DNA of 64,000 nucleotides from Camelus dromedarius (GCF_036321535.1 NC_087437.1:66838001-66902000); one strand, 5' to 3'; positions 14,620-28,778 are shown, numbered from the stretch's first letter. Numbers and translations are program-made. Notes: generated from the letters alone by a model not told the origin.

Positions 14620-14798
14620 CACTCATCTTCAAATGTGGCTGCACATGGTAAAACCTTGAGGAGCTTTTAAAAATACCAATGCCTGGTTCCACCTTCAGAG
14701 ATGCTGATTGAATCAACATGGGGTGAGAGCTGGGTACTGAGATGTTTTAAAAACTTCCCAGGTGATGCTAATATGCACCAAAGTTTGAGAATTACTGG
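14620..14798. mobile_element. hAT-Charlie MITE (MER5-like)
   Basis: GGAGCTTTTAAAAATACCAATGCCTGG...CCCAGGTGATGCTAATATGCACCAAAGTTTGAGAATTACTG matches the MER5 pattern. Confidence 0.8.
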
Positions 14799-17079
14799 TA
14801 GTTCTTCTCTCAGTTCCCTCCAAGTCCTCTCCCCATGGTTTTTCCCTAGCTGTCAAACAGCCTGCCCTCAGCTCTGGCCAATTTTTTTTTTTCCTGAGAT
14901 GGATTCTTAGACATGTGGCACCAGAAGCGGCTTCCCCTCTCCCCTTTGTCCCCTGGCTCAAGGGCCCTGTGCCCTTTGGAGGCCTCCATGGAGTAAAGAT
15001 GACAGTGGAGGCAGGAGGGCCATGGGAGGAGGCAAATTCTGAGCAGACTCCCCACCCGGCAGGGTGGCCTTGGGCAAGTCAATTAAACTGCTTCTCGGGA
15101 AAGGGAGGACAACAGTATCTCTCCATTCTGCCTGCCTCATGGAGTCACAGGGTCTTGGGGGAAGATCAACAGAGGTCACGTGTGAAAGTGTTTTTATGAA
15201 AGTTGGCATGGCTTCCTGGCCAGTAGTCCTCGGCTAATCACTTCAAACTTAAAATCTGCCTTTCCTCTCCTTCCCAAATCTAAGCAAAAAATTTTAAGCA
15301 AAATTTTATCTTAGCATCCAGGATGAACATGACTGTGTAGTGTCTGTACTGATGTGGGCAGGTGCGGTTCAACAATCAGACCTTGCTGCACCATTGGTTA
15401 CCGCAGGACAGTGATTCTGTGACTTGAGGATATTTTGATTAGCACTAAACACCCCGTGAATGTTCAACAGATATTAACAAAGGAGGCTTACCTTACGATG
15501 GTATGATGTAAGACCACATCATGCCGCCACTGCAGTGAGGAGTGCTACTTACTGCTTATCCACATGACCTAATTTTCACGTTTTAAGGAAAAGTATGGCG
15601 CCTTCATTAGCCATTCTGCTGATGTGCAAACTAAAAAACCAAGAGATGCTGGCACATTCAAAATGGGTTCTCTGTTGTATTAGGAGGGGCCCATCAAAAG
15701 TCACGCCAGTTGCTAAATGCCGGAAGTTAGGAACAGATACAACTTCGCCGCCTTAAACTAGACCAAGTACTAGCTGCTGAGAGAGTACAGAAAGGCCTCT
15801 TCACCAAATATACTTCCCCCACATCGCTCCTTAGAAATTCTTTGAGGTTTTCATTCTGACAGTTTCTTTGAATAGATACTAATGCCCTTGGGAGGGGCAA
15901 CAAGAAGGTCCTAGCAACGTGGTGTGAACCAGACGCTGAAGAGAGCAATTGTGCCCAGGATTTTTGGTGTTCATGAACCAATTTTAAAATATTTTGGGGG
16001 ACACACATAGGATTACTAAGTTTTTAAATTTTTCTGACAGAGGATATCAACTAAAAACAGTAAGAACTACTAGCATTTCGTAATAGAATGGACAGTTCAA
16101 AATAAAGTTATAGAGAACATAATTTTAGAATAAAAGGACTGTTCTTGAAAGAAGGGACAGTCGAAATCTTACAACTGTGATGATAGATACAGACAAATAT
16201 ATTACACGGTCCTTACTTTTCCTAGCTCTGCATTTGTACTGGAAGGATTTGAAGTGGACTGAGAATGTTTAGTGTCCTGATGACAGGTGGGGGCTAAAGA
16301 AGGTGTATTTTAAAAAGGTGGAAAGAAAGAAGCGAGGAGAGTTCCACAGCAATCATTTTCCCCCGGATTACATGCAGGTTCAGGTAACAGAGCCCTGCCA
16401 CACTGGACCTGCAGGGAACTTCATCCCCCGGTAAAAAGGCAGGGGTGGCAGGATGTTATACTTCAAGAAAGAATGCTCACAGTGGCAGAACGTCCCGGGT
16501 GCCAACTTTTCTTTTTCATTCAGGGGTGCACCTTCTTTGTCTTCCCGGGGGCCTTGGGAGCCACCTGGAGGGAAGGGCAAGGATGAAAGAGAGGAAACAT
16601 GGAAATAGCATCCACAGTCTGAACCTACATTAGAACGTAGCTAAAATGCAAGGCAGGGAGGGAGAAAGAAATTCTTTTCACTATAATGGAAGACTTTCAC
16701 AATGAAGTTAAATTCTCCCTTTGAAAGTAAAGTAAGAGCCACAAAAGTAATATAAACATTTTCTGATAAAGATTCGCTCCAATTTGCCCGAGACCGGAGA
16801 GCTCAGAGGACCTGCCCAAGATCCTCCAGATGGTGAGATGAAGGCCTGGTTCCCCCCTACCCCCGCCACCCCCGCACCTTGCCCCGCTTCAGATGGTAAG
16901 GTTTTGAGCCAGCCCCCACTTGTGTTTCCACCGGCTTCCCGCTCTCAATTGATAATATGTCACATGAGGCAATTTAAACAATTTCCTACAGTTCTGATTA
17001 TCCTCTTTCTTTCTTTCCTGTTATCTGACAGGCTTCCCTTCTTCCTGGATATGGTTAAGAAAACAAACAAAACCCCAGT

Positions 17080-17850
17080 TTGATGTTCAGGGCGCCCCTC
17101 CTCCTCCTGTTCCTGCTCTGTGCGCGGTGGGTCTGCACCGTGGCCCGGGGAGGGGGTGGGGAGGACCCCACCTCTGCCCGGGGCCGCACCGACACGGGCT
17201 GCGGGGCGGGGGAGTCGGGGTCTCTGGTCGGCCGGGCATCCCGGCTCCTGGGAAAGCGGGAGCAGAGAGCGGCGGGGGTCGGCGGGGCGCCCGTGCCACG
17301 GGCCGCCGCGCGCGGGTGACTCAGAGCCGTCCGAGCCGTTTCGGGAAGCGGCGGCGGCGCGCGGCCGCGCAGGGCTTTCCCCGCAGCCGCAGGGGGGCGG
17401 GTTCCCGACGCCGAAAGGGGATCCGAAACCCGTGGGCGGAGTGGCTGGAGAGGAAGCCGAGGCAGTGGGAGCAGAAGGCGGCGTCATTGTTTCTTTTGGG
17501 AGAGATCAGCGGGAACGTGGCCTTGACATTGGTAAAGCTGAAGATGCCGCCCGAAGGGACAGAGAGCGGCAGTGCGGCTCCGGACCCCGAGGGCCGGGAG
17601 GGAGGATTCTCCGTCTCCCCAGCTGGCGGGGGCGGGGACTGGAGGAGGGGGAGGGAGGGGGCGGCGGCGGGAAGGCGAGAGGGTCGCGACCCCACCGCCT
17701 GGGTCTGGCTGGGCCTGAGCCCCTTTCTCCTGTCCCGTCCCTGGCACCGGCCTGGCGCGGGCCCGACCTAAACCCAGGTCAGCAAGCAAATGACTGAGGA
17801 GCCGGCTTTGAGGGCAACGGAGTGAAGAGACGGCTCCGTCGAAGAACCCC
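17080..17850. promoter_or_regulatory. Intragenic CpG island in ARHGAP31 intron 1; candidate antisense-lncRNA or alternative promoter
   Basis: Very high CpG and GC density, several GGGCGG boxes, an AP-1 site TGACTCA at 17317-17323 and a YY1 motif AAGATGGCG at 18152-18160. The overlapping GC-rich ORFs show no recognisable homology. Confidence 0.85.
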
Positions 17851-20717
17851 CGCCCACCTCCCCTTCTCGGCCTGTCCTTCCCAGACTAGCCGGAGATTCC
17901 TTTGTTTTCAGCGGTGGCCTCTGAGCACTAGGGTGGGCGGCTGGGGTGGGAGATGGCTGGGCAGGGCGGTCAGAGTGGAAACAATGATGGGGGTGCGAAA
18001 TGCAGGGCTGCCTGAACGGCACCAGGGAGACCAAGACAAACCCGTCAACATAGCCGGCCAAAAGAAGGAAGGGGCCCTGGGGATTCATGGGTGATAAGCT
18101 CAACCGCCAGGCCAGGCAAGTTTGTAAAATCTTGGCCCTAAAAAAAGGTGGAAGATGGCGCAGGGCTGTCACTGTGGGTTAGGCACATGAAGTACGTTAT
18201 CTCCATTTTCACTTATCTCTGTAAGAGAAATGCTATTACACCATTCCAGAGACAAGGAAAACTCAGAAAGCTGCAATTCCAGCCTTAAGTCCCAGCTTCC
18301 TAAAGCCAGCATCCCCACCTCCCAAGTTTGCTTATATGAATCAACCACCAGCCCTTTTTTTTCTTATGCAGTTTGAGTTCCTTCACTCTCAGCCTAAAAA
18401 GGCCTGACTAATATACACCCTTTAAGCCAGTAATTTTACTTCTGGATCTCTTTGGATCTCTTCCAAAGAAATATCATAACATAACAAAAGGGCCATATGC
18501 CTTGAAATATTCACTGTGGCCTTCTTTATAATATTATAAATATATAATTTAAATGTCCCAATAATGAGGAAGAGTAAATAAACTGGTGCATTATATGAAA
18601 AAATATTACCAGGCCTTAAAATAATGTTAAAAGCAGGGTTTGATGACTAGAATAAAGACTTAGGTTATTAATGCTAAGTGAAAAAGCAAGACACAACATT
18701 AGATATATACAATATAATTACAATTATGTGTGGAAAATATACATAGAAAAAAACCCTGAAAGTGAACGTTACCTTTGTGTGGTAGAATTAACCCAAGCAC
18801 TTTTTTCTTTCTAAAGCACTGATATATTTTCCAGTTTCCCTACAGTGAGGATTAGCATGTATCATTAATTAAAATATTAGAACATCTGTCAAAAAACTTT
18901 ACATATGTAATGTGTATTTTGTGAATATATATTTCATTCATTCTGAATAGGAAGCCACTAGGCCTGGGTGAAAGAAAAGAGGTCCTGGAGCAATTGTTCC
19001 ATTAATTGAAAGATTTTCCATAATTTAAAGTGTATGTAGAAGTTAAAGGGGGTGGGCAATTTTTATACGTCCAAGACATTAATGACAGGGAAGGGCATGC
19101 CTTTGGTGGGCCAGAGGAGGGACAAATAACTGAGTGTTAGAATATACAAAAAGGAAATGATGAGGTCATAGCTGATTTCTGATTGGCAGGACATGCTGAC
19201 TCATGGGCAGAAGGGAAGAAGACTGGAATAGAACCTTTAACGGCAAAGGAAAGAATGCATTCATAAACATAATTACTTAGGAAAGGAGGTAAGGGAGTAA
19301 ATGGCAAGGTAATAGCATCATGAAAAGATTCTTTTACAATAAATATATTTGTCAAGAGAATATTTTCTAATTGTGATGATTAGAATTGCAAAATGAACTC
19401 CACGTGTTCATGTTTGGTCCAAGGTGGTTGATACCAGTATTTTGTATCTCACGGCAAGCAGACGATTATGCTCATTTGGGCTTGGAAAAATGCTTAACAA
19501 TGAAGTGGCCCCTTATCTGGGGCCCATTCCTTTTCTATAGAGAGGGGAATGGGAGGAAAATCAAGAAAGCCTCACGTCTACATGCTGTGTGTTCCTGAAG
19601 ATCCTCATGTAGCAGCAAAAATATACACGAATTAATAAAAGCAGTGTTCCTTTGGTTTTGTGTGAGGATCTGGTAGAATGAAGTCTACAGCAGTCTCCTT
19701 CACGTAACCTAACACTAGACACTATGAAAACAACTGATGGAGCTTAAATTATGTCGAGAAACTATGTTATAAGAGAAGGCAAAGCTCTTGTTGTGGGATT
19801 GAAATCTAGGATTCTTTGTGTCCATGTGCATGACATTTACCAAACCATACACAGAAAGCTCTCTGTCTGGGCTTAATGATGTTTTGGGTGATTCCAGTTC
19901 CCTGCCCTTGATTCTCCCCCTGTCAGGGGAGATCCCTTGCTGATCTCACCTCTCTTGCTGATCTCATCATGTGGGGACTATTTCTCACTTTCCCTCCCTC
20001 ACTTATTGAAAGCTGTACACCCTTCACTGGGAATGAGGTGGGAGGACTCACTCGGTTGTGGGCTAGAACTTGGACCTTTGTGGATTCATTGCCTTCCCCT
20101 ACAACACACTAGTCTCACCAACATCATCACCTTCCAGCCTCCCCCACTTCATCACTCTGTTTACAATCAGACTTCTAAAATTAAAGGCTAACTAGAGCTG
20201 GGAGATAGGATGTTTCAGTACTAGGACAATGTAGGATTTCTACAGATACTTGTTGGTTAAATGAAGAAATAGGGAGCATGATGTTTGGGTTGCATATGAC
20301 TTTATATTGGTACCTAGATGGAAGGTGGGAACTGTCTTGCTTGATACCCTGCATCTCCTGGAATGCAGCAAAATTTATCTTCTTAAAATATCTGATGATA
20401 TAATTACAGTGATTTCTTAATATCTTCCATCAAAATTTTAAAAGGTGACAGAGAAATCATCTTATTTAAAAATTGTAATAGCGAACAGGAAGGATTTCTG
20501 TTTCCTTTGCCTAAAATCCAAGCACCAAGCATAAGCATTTGTCTGACACTTGGGATCACAAAATGGAAGAACTTCTTGACCCTGGCCTCAAACAAACAGA
20601 CAAACAAAAAAACCCTCTAAAGGCTGTTCTATAAAAATACGTGATAAAATCCAGAAGGTGCTTTTATCTCATAACACCCATACCAGAAGATTAATCTCTG
20701 TGGTTGGTGCCTTGTTC

Positions 20718-20776
20718 TGGTGGGGGACACGTTTGAGCCCTGCTTTGGTGGGGGATACGTTTGAGCCCCGCTTTGG
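20718..20776. repeat. 28-bp tandem duplication (2 copies, 2 mismatches)
   Basis: TGGTGGGGGACACGTTTGAGCCCTGCTT followed by TGGTGGGGGATACGTTTGAGCCCCGCTT. Confidence 0.95.
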
Positions 20777-23590
20777 AATCTTCTCCAGTTAGAACATCTG
20801 TTCCACAGTTGTTAATGTTTGTTTGGTATTGCCCCAAAGAAGGCAGCAGAAGGGAAGAATTTTTTAACAATGAGTCCCAAGATGGACTAGATCAGCAGCA
20901 TTGCTTATTTTGAAAAGGCATTTTTTGGAGCAATTTGACCTATATGTAAAAAAAAAAAAAAAAATGGGCATGTCACTGTACCAAGAGATGGATGTCCAAT
21001 CCAATACTGGAATGTAGTTGAGCTTGTTTTCATCACTTCTCAAAATTTTCCCCAGAAATATTTGCTCATTGAATTATCACTACATTCCACACTAGCTGAG
21101 CTTAGTTGTTTTTTTTTAATTTTTAGACAGAGATTTGAATATCTAACTCAAAATAAATGGTTAAGTGAAGAGACTGATGCTACAGTATTCAGTTAGGAGT
21201 ATGCAAGAATAAAAAAGTTCTAGCTGTCTTAAGTCTAAGTGAAATATGTAAATAATCTATATCATTTGGAAATTTGCCACATTAGCCAGGAAAAGAAGAA
21301 ACCATCATTTCTCTAGGCTCTGTGAAACTGGATTCAAGATTAAACAGTAAGTAAAATATCCCATTTTACTAAATTATGTGAGGTTCATGAAAAATCAAGC
21401 TGACCTGCATTTGAAGAGTGGAAAAGTTACATTCAAGGCAAAATTCAAATTATTAGATGATATTTTTAAAAAAGATTAGACTAAAACCCCTCTGCCAATA
21501 GTGTTATCTTTAAATTATTCTTATCACAAGTTATTATTCAAGAGTGCCAATGGAGGTGATTTATATCAGTTCCAATCCTACCCGGTGAATAACCACTGAG
21601 ATCTAGCATTGCAAAACTGTAGAAACAGCTGGGTTTAGTTTCAAAGCTCCAAAATTAAACAGAAAGAGGGAAAGACCCTAATCCTCCAAACCATCTGTTC
21701 AAAGAACAGTGGGGAAAAAATGATGACAGAGTCTTCAGCTGGAGAACAACAATGGCCTCCTAACTGAAATCTGAAAGTCCTCTTTCTATTCACGGTTTCA
21801 GCTGATCCTCACAACATCCTTGTGAGGTCTATAAAGCAAATATTTTTATCCTCATCTAATAGATTTCTTATATGTTACTGCATGTCACATACGGAATACT
21901 TACTCCGTGTCACACAAAACATCATCAGCAAAGGCAGGACTTCAAGTTAGGTTATCCGCTTCCAAAATTCTCAAGTTACTTTTCTGTACCAGATTCCAAT
22001 TCCATTCTTTCTTCCTATCCCCCTTCCTTTGTCTCTTCCCTCTCTCTCATCCAGCATTAATTGGGATACATCTACAGTGCCAGAAATTATTCTGTGTTGC
22101 TAGTGTTCACATAGGAAACATTTATATCCACAATGGCAAAACAGACCAAGAACTATCCATAGAAATTTGGAGAAATAACATTAATGCCAATCCTTCATCT
22201 CTGCCTCATTTCTTTGTTGTTTCCATTGAAAATGGAAACTTCTCACACTATATAAAGCAGCATGTTACATATCAAGGCTGACTCCCTCCACCCCGCAAAA
22301 CCGACTTTGCACGTGTGTTCTGCAGGATCTGTGAAATGTCTCATCCCCAAACAAAACAAGACCCTAGACTGCCCAAAGGAAAGCTCCAGGGCAGGCGTTA
22401 AGGGCAGCATATCTCAGCGAGGAGGTACTAGTGAGGTCAGGAGTGGGCATGGGAGAGAGATGGTTGGCTGGGTGGGTGACCATGAGACAGAGAAGAAGTT
22501 TTGCTGATTTGCAGATTTAAGTAGCAGTGGTTTTCCAACTTGAAAAAAAAAAAAAAAAAAAGCATGAAGTGCTTTGTTCTGATAAATTCCATCCCACAGC
22601 ATAAAACAAAAAGCAATGAGAAAAGCAGAGTATCCTAGCTTAAGCAGGTGGGCGAGGACCCCAGACCCTCCCTCCCAGCCTCTCTAGTGGCCCCTGCTAT
22701 GAGGAAAGCATAGCACAGATTTAAGGGGTTTTGTACTTAAATAGCCCTCAAAACAAGCAGGCAAGTTCAGTCTCTTAGGATTAAAGCATGATCCCCCAAG
22801 CAGCTATTTCAGGAAGAGCCTCCAACTCAAGCTCACTCCAGCCCAGCTGTGTCTGGTCAGGGAGGCCTCTCTTTCTTCCCTGGAAACCTGATTATTTTTC
22901 TGCAAAGCTGAAAATCTACCCAAAGCAGGACAGGGGTGTGAAAATAGAAGGTTTGGGTTCCTAGGAAACTGGCTGGGGGTTGTTGGATTGTTGTGGGCTG
23001 TATTAGGTTTATCCAGTCCTAAAATAACAGTTCCATTTAGCGAAAGTTACTTTCAAACACACATCCCTCAGTGTTGCACCGGGAAATTAATCATACCGTA
23101 TCATCCTTTAGCAGTTCACTATTTGCACAGCACACTGTTTTTGTGCCCCTGGTCTTGTCAGATCCCCACCCCACAAGGCAAGCCGGACAGGTATTGTTAT
23201 CCCCATTTTACAGATGAGGAAGCTAAGGTTCAGAAAGATGAAGGGACTCCCACAAGGTCACATGACAGATACCTAGGTCTTCTGATTCCCAGTCCAGAGC
23301 TTTAAAATGTACGCTATGTACTTAAATCCTGCATCCTAGTGAGTAGTAAGTGAAGGCCACAGCTTGGGCATTACTAGGTCTGTGCCCTTGGGGAAGCTCA
23401 GTGTCCTCGTTATTGCAGCAGGTGTAATCATTACCTGCTTCAGCTAACTCACAGGACTGTGCGGGACAAGAGATGACTTGGTGTAAACAAGGTGTAAGCA
23501 TCTAAGAGTTAATTACTCCCAGACCCCCACTCTCCTGCAGTCCTGGCAGGTTCTCTGCCTTCTAATAGCTTGGACCTCACTTTTACAAAC

Positions 23591-23591
<1 letters not shown>

Positions 23592-23621
<30 letters not shown>
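23592..23621 (+). repeat. A30 homopolymer
   Basis: Read directly from the sequence. Confidence 0.95.
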
Positions 23622-23628
<7 letters not shown>

Positions 23629-25404
23629 CTCATACTCTGTTGGTATCATACAAGTCTCTTATGAGTGTCAGCCAGTGGCCAGAGCAGCCAGCGAGCCATG
23701 CTTTTGCACAACTTCAAACCAAAGCTCTCTCTCCCCACAAGTCAGACATTCCAGATCTGATCAAAGGTTTCCAGGGCTGTTTTACCCTGAACCCCAAGTG
23801 GTGGCCAGAAGGCCTGCAGGTCCAGCTGATGTTTAGGAAGGGCCTCAGGGGGTGTGTGCATGGGAGGAGCTAGGTCTCTGTGGAGTCATCACAGGTGGGG
23901 GTCTTCTCTTCTTGGCAGGATCAGAACCTTAATCTGGCTAGTTCATCTGAGAGTGACCTGTTTTCTGTAACCATGTTCTGAGGGGACAACTTTGTAAAGT
24001 CAGGTGGCAATCTCATCTTTTTTCAAAATAGGAATTCGCAACTGGGTCTAGGCTCTGTATAGATGAGGGCCTCACACAGGAGAGCAAGCTGCAGATGACA
24101 AAAGATGTCTGATGGAAACAAAATCAAAGAAAACTGGAATAATTTAGAAGGTATGCTTTTAGAAAGATGAAAATACCTTATAGTTTTTTCAAAGTATAAA
24201 CAATCTACATGCCCATCATTAAAAAAAAAAATCTGTCAACACAGCAAAGAATGCAGAAGAAAGAGAAAAAGATCCATCCGAAGAAAGCCACTATTAATGT
24301 TTTGAGCATATTCCTCCAGAATTTGTCTTACATTTATAGTTACCAAAGTGGAATTATGTATACTTTATGTACTCTTCTGTAAACTTTTTTACTTAACTAT
24401 TTTTAGACATCTTTCTGTGTCAGTAAATAGATGTCATCCTTTCAACCAGTTATGTAATAAAGGATATTTTCCTCAAGCTGTGAGGTAGTCTGATGAATCC
24501 CCCTTCTCTCCTAAAGGCATCATCATCTGAGCCTCTTCTCCCATCTCAGGGATCCCTGATGCTGGGTGGTTCTGAGAAACACACTAACCCATGATTTCTG
24601 GTCCACATCAGTAAGCAGCCAGAAAACATCACTGGGCCAGCTGCACCTTCTCGGGTAAGTGGAACCTCTAGGGCTCCAGGTTCTCATGTGTTAAATGAGA
24701 GGTTTGGATAGTGATTTCCCAAGAGTCTTTCAACTTGAACATGACATAGCTTCTGGTTCACTTATCTCTGTTTGCCTCAGTACAGGACGATTCAGGCCCT
24801 AAGTGAACAAGGCATCACGGGAGCCCCAGCTGTGCACCTGCACGACAACATATTGAAAGGCCCTGAAGAACCTCTACTAGGAGCCATGGCTGAAGCTGGC
24901 AGGGCTTGGGGAGGCACAAGGGTGTGTGTGGGTCACGTAAGGGAAACAGCTGTCCTGATTTCCCTCCAATATGGCAGCAGGTGATGTCTACAAGGAGGCA
25001 TCAGATCCACAGCGTATCAGTAAATAGAGTCTTTGGGGCCATTCAGTCCTTTCCGAGCACCAGTGTCCAAACTTGCAGGATAATTACGATATTCATTTTC
25101 CATTTTAAAGGCCCTTCTGCATATATTATCTCATCTAATTCTCATTCTTGTCTTTTAGATGAGGAAATTGAGATTCAGAACGTGATGACTTCCCCCAAAA
25201 CCAGGTGACAATTATTTGCCAAATGAAGCCTCAGCCCTAAGCTCCACCAGTGCTTCACCAGAGCTTGACCACCTCCTCAGTCTTTGCATTGATACACAGA
25301 ACACATGACAGATGCACACATATGTGCAAAATAGTCCTGCAGAACATACCCTCCACCCGACCCTGCCACCCTACAGACCCAAGACAGGTGCCCTCCCCTG
25401 GAGC

Positions 25405-25990
25405 CATCCACTCACTCAACACATATTTATGAGCACTATGCTAGGTGCCAGTGGTAAAATGATGAAGCAGGAGACATGGTTGCTATCTCACAGAGCTGAC
25501 CCGGGGTCATCTAGAGTCTAGAAAGAGGCAGGGATAGTGTTGGGGGTGAGAGCGGTAGTGTTGGGGCAGCCCAGGGTACAATGGGATCAGAAAGGAAGAG
25601 CACCAACCCTTTCTCAGAGGGGTCAGGGGAGGCATCCTGGAGGACGAGACATCCAAGCTGAGACACCAAAGATGGGCTGGAGTTGGCAAGATTGAGGTAG
25701 AGCTAGAAAGAAAGCCAGGGAGAGCATTCTACCCAGAGGGTGGGTCAATGCACAAGCACTTGGAGGCAGGAGGAGCACAGGTACTTCTGATGCCCCATGA
25801 GAAGTACAGTGTGGCCAGGGGCCCTGCGCAGGTGGGGAGCTGGTGTCCATGGAGGCCGCAGAGGACACAGGTGTCTGAGTGTGATGGGCTGCTAAACCTT
25901 GCTGGTAGTATAGAGTTGATGTTTGTCTCAAGGGCATCGGGAAGCCACAGAAGGGTTTAGTGAGTGATGCTGGTGACAAGCTGTCATCAG
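25405..25990 (-). mobile_element. LINE-2 fragment
   Basis: CACTCACTCAACACATATTTATGAGCAC...CTAGGTGC and GGTCAGGGGAGGCATCCTGGAGGA are L2-like motifs. Confidence 0.7.
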
Positions 25991-26984
25991 GACAGTCTCC
26001 TTTTGTCCACTGTGAGAATCTGTGGTCATAATTAATTTCAGTCCTACTTTAAGATACATCTGGCTTTAGTTTCTGCAAAAATATAGATGATCGACTTCAG
26101 GATACTTTTCCCATTTAGGCTGCCACCTCCGTTTCACCTGCTTCGGCCCCTTTCCTGGGTCTCTGTGGCCTGTGCCAGGTTGGCTCTGATGACCAGAGCA
26201 CTGTGATCAAGATGCCTTGGATAGGCCAGCAAACAGCTTCTCACTGTCCCCTGCTCCCAGCCTTAACCTTCGCCTGGGGCTTGGACTCCAAGCTGACAGA
26301 ATATGGACTGACCAACCAATATCCCTCAGGAGTACTGGAAAGCAAGTTTAAGGTATAATTAGAAGTGTGTGAACTCTACTGTCATTATAAGCAGAGGGAA
26401 GCGGTATTAATATTCAATAAGTTATGGGTAATAGAAATTGTCAGTGAAAAGGATGCACGGCCCATACAACATATTCAATAAAAACTAAATCAACCGGTCA
26501 GGATTTAGACAATAAGAGAAAGCTTCTAGGAACTCATAAAAAGAGAAAGATTTCTATATAAAGAAATGTAAATAAATTATGGTAAGTTATAAAAAGTACA
26601 TATATTTGCTTGTACATGCAAAGTGTATGGAACGATTTCCAAGAAAATTAACACTAGTTGCTTCTTGGGTGAGGACAGGAATAGGAAGGATTTGTTGCTA
26701 TACCCTTTAAATCCTTTTACCTTTTGAACCACAGGAATGTGACACCTGACCTTAAAAAATAAAATTAACTTTAAACACCATCCATTCAGCAGAATCCCAA
26801 GCAGTGATTAAAAGAGCGAGATCGAGCTATAATTACAAAAATGGATAGTTCTCCAAGATCTACTGGTATTTAGAACAGCATATTTCAGGACATGTATATG
26901 TTGTAACTTTATCTTTGTGGGAGGAAAAAACAAAGACAATCATTCAATGAGTGTATTTCTCAGTATGTACACAGAGAAAGGGTT

Positions 26985-27182
26985 CTGTGCTGTTTGATAC
27001 AGTAGTCATGAGCCTCATGTGGCTATGTAAATTTAAATTAATTAAAATTTTAAGTTCAGTTCCTCAGTAGCACTAGCCACATTCAGTACTAACAGCCAGA
27101 TGGGGCCAGTGGCTGCCACAGCGTACAGTGCAGAGCAAGCAACTTTCCCTCAGGGAGCAGATTCTCTGGGGCAGAACTGGTC
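26985..27182. mobile_element. hAT-Charlie MITE (MER3/MER33-like)
   Basis: CATGTGGCTATGTAAATTTAAATTAATTAAAA...CAGTTCCTCAGTAGCACTAGCCACATT pattern. Confidence 0.75.
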
Positions 27183-28778
27183 TGGATGAATCCAGCCCAG
27201 ACTCTGAACTGACCATGGGACTGCAAGGATGTGGGAAGGGACTCTGTACTTCATGAATCTCTGTAATGTTTGATTTTTTTTTTATAATTGCTTTTATAAT
27301 TTCACAAGAGAAGAGGATGGCTTGCACCTGTGGCAGGTACACATTCCTCATTAAAAATGGCAACCTGCACTTTTTTCATGACTCCGGCCATTCCGCTCAA
27401 GAGCTAAGAGATGTGGAGCACTGCTAGGGGGGTTACCTGGGGAGGGGGTGATAAAGCTAGATGCCCACGGTCCAGAGCGAACACAAGTCTGGGAGGACCC
27501 CTCAGGCATGGGCCGGCTATCCCACCAGTCTCACCACCCTCTGGGCCTCTGCTTTTCAGTCACAAGGCACAAAATCAGCTTGAGCGCCTGCCAGCTGGAG
27601 AAGCAAGTATTTTTAGTTCTTGGAGTTCTGGAATCTGGCAAGGGTGAGGCGGGCACTGCACAGGGAGGCCCACCTACAAGGGACCCTGAGGTCTCCTCCG
27701 AGACGGGGACCTAGGCGGGTTGGGGAGGACACCGCTCTGAGGGGGTGACGGCCTTCTCAGAGTGGAATGGGAGCATCCAGGGCCAATCTCAAGGGGGCAC
27801 CTGGGAGGAGAACCGGCCAGACGATAGAGCTGGTGTCTGCTCTGTGGTTCCTTAAACTGCGGGAGTGACAAGGATGAAGCGAAGCTGGAGGACAAAGAGA
27901 TTGGATGGAATAGGAGTGTGACCAGGAGGCAGGTGAGAAGGAATGTTATAAACATTTTCACCTCAAATAAAACTTGGATTTGAATGTTAAACATCACTCT
28001 GGTTATCATCCACTAGACAGAGAGAAATGAAACTTCCTAAGGTGGAAAATAAATACATGAAACAAACTCTGAAACTCTGAGTTACAGCTGCTGGGGGCAC
28101 CTCATTTTCCCTCCACCTGGATGAAGTTTATGCCTAAACTGGGGTCCAGTTTTTTTCTCAAGAGCAACAGCAGAAACAGCAAAAAGGACACAGTCGCTTT
28201 AAATGTGGCTCGAGATTCTTCTTCCCCTCTCAATCTGAATGTAAACTAGCACATTTGTCTTCATCACTCTTTCTTCCCTGGAAGATTTAAACTGGTCACT
28301 GAATAAGCCATTTGTTCCTACAAATCTCCTCCAGGCAGGTAGGTGACTCAAGCTTCAAACTTGTTCTCTTTTGTCTTCTTTTGAGAATGTTGGTCCTGCC
28401 ACAGTATTTTTGCACCTCAACACCTTTGTTTGTATTGTTCCCTCTGTCTGGAATATCTTCCCTTCAGGCAGAGACTATTCAGATTCCACTCCTCTTCAAA
28501 GATCTAGCTCCTCCGAGTCAGAATTGATGACATCCACTTCCTCCTGTGGTTTGTAAGGCTCAGTGGAAGATGTGTCCACCTCCTGCGCGGGATGATGAGC
28601 CCCCACAGGGACAGACAGTGCCTGTTCATCCCTGTGTCCCAGCTGACCCCACGCCCAGTGCATAGTAAGTGCTTAGTGAATGTCCATCTCTTCCTCCCTC
28701 CCACAACCACCACCCTGTTCCCTTCATTCACACTACTAATAGCTATTGAGCCAACCATGTTCTGTGGGGAAAACAGAC

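Noticed and set aside
16960..17797. Overlapping 175-225 aa ORFs on both strands
   Set aside because: Pro/Gly/Arg/Ala-rich with no recognisable domain. Expected from stop-codon scarcity in a CpG island.
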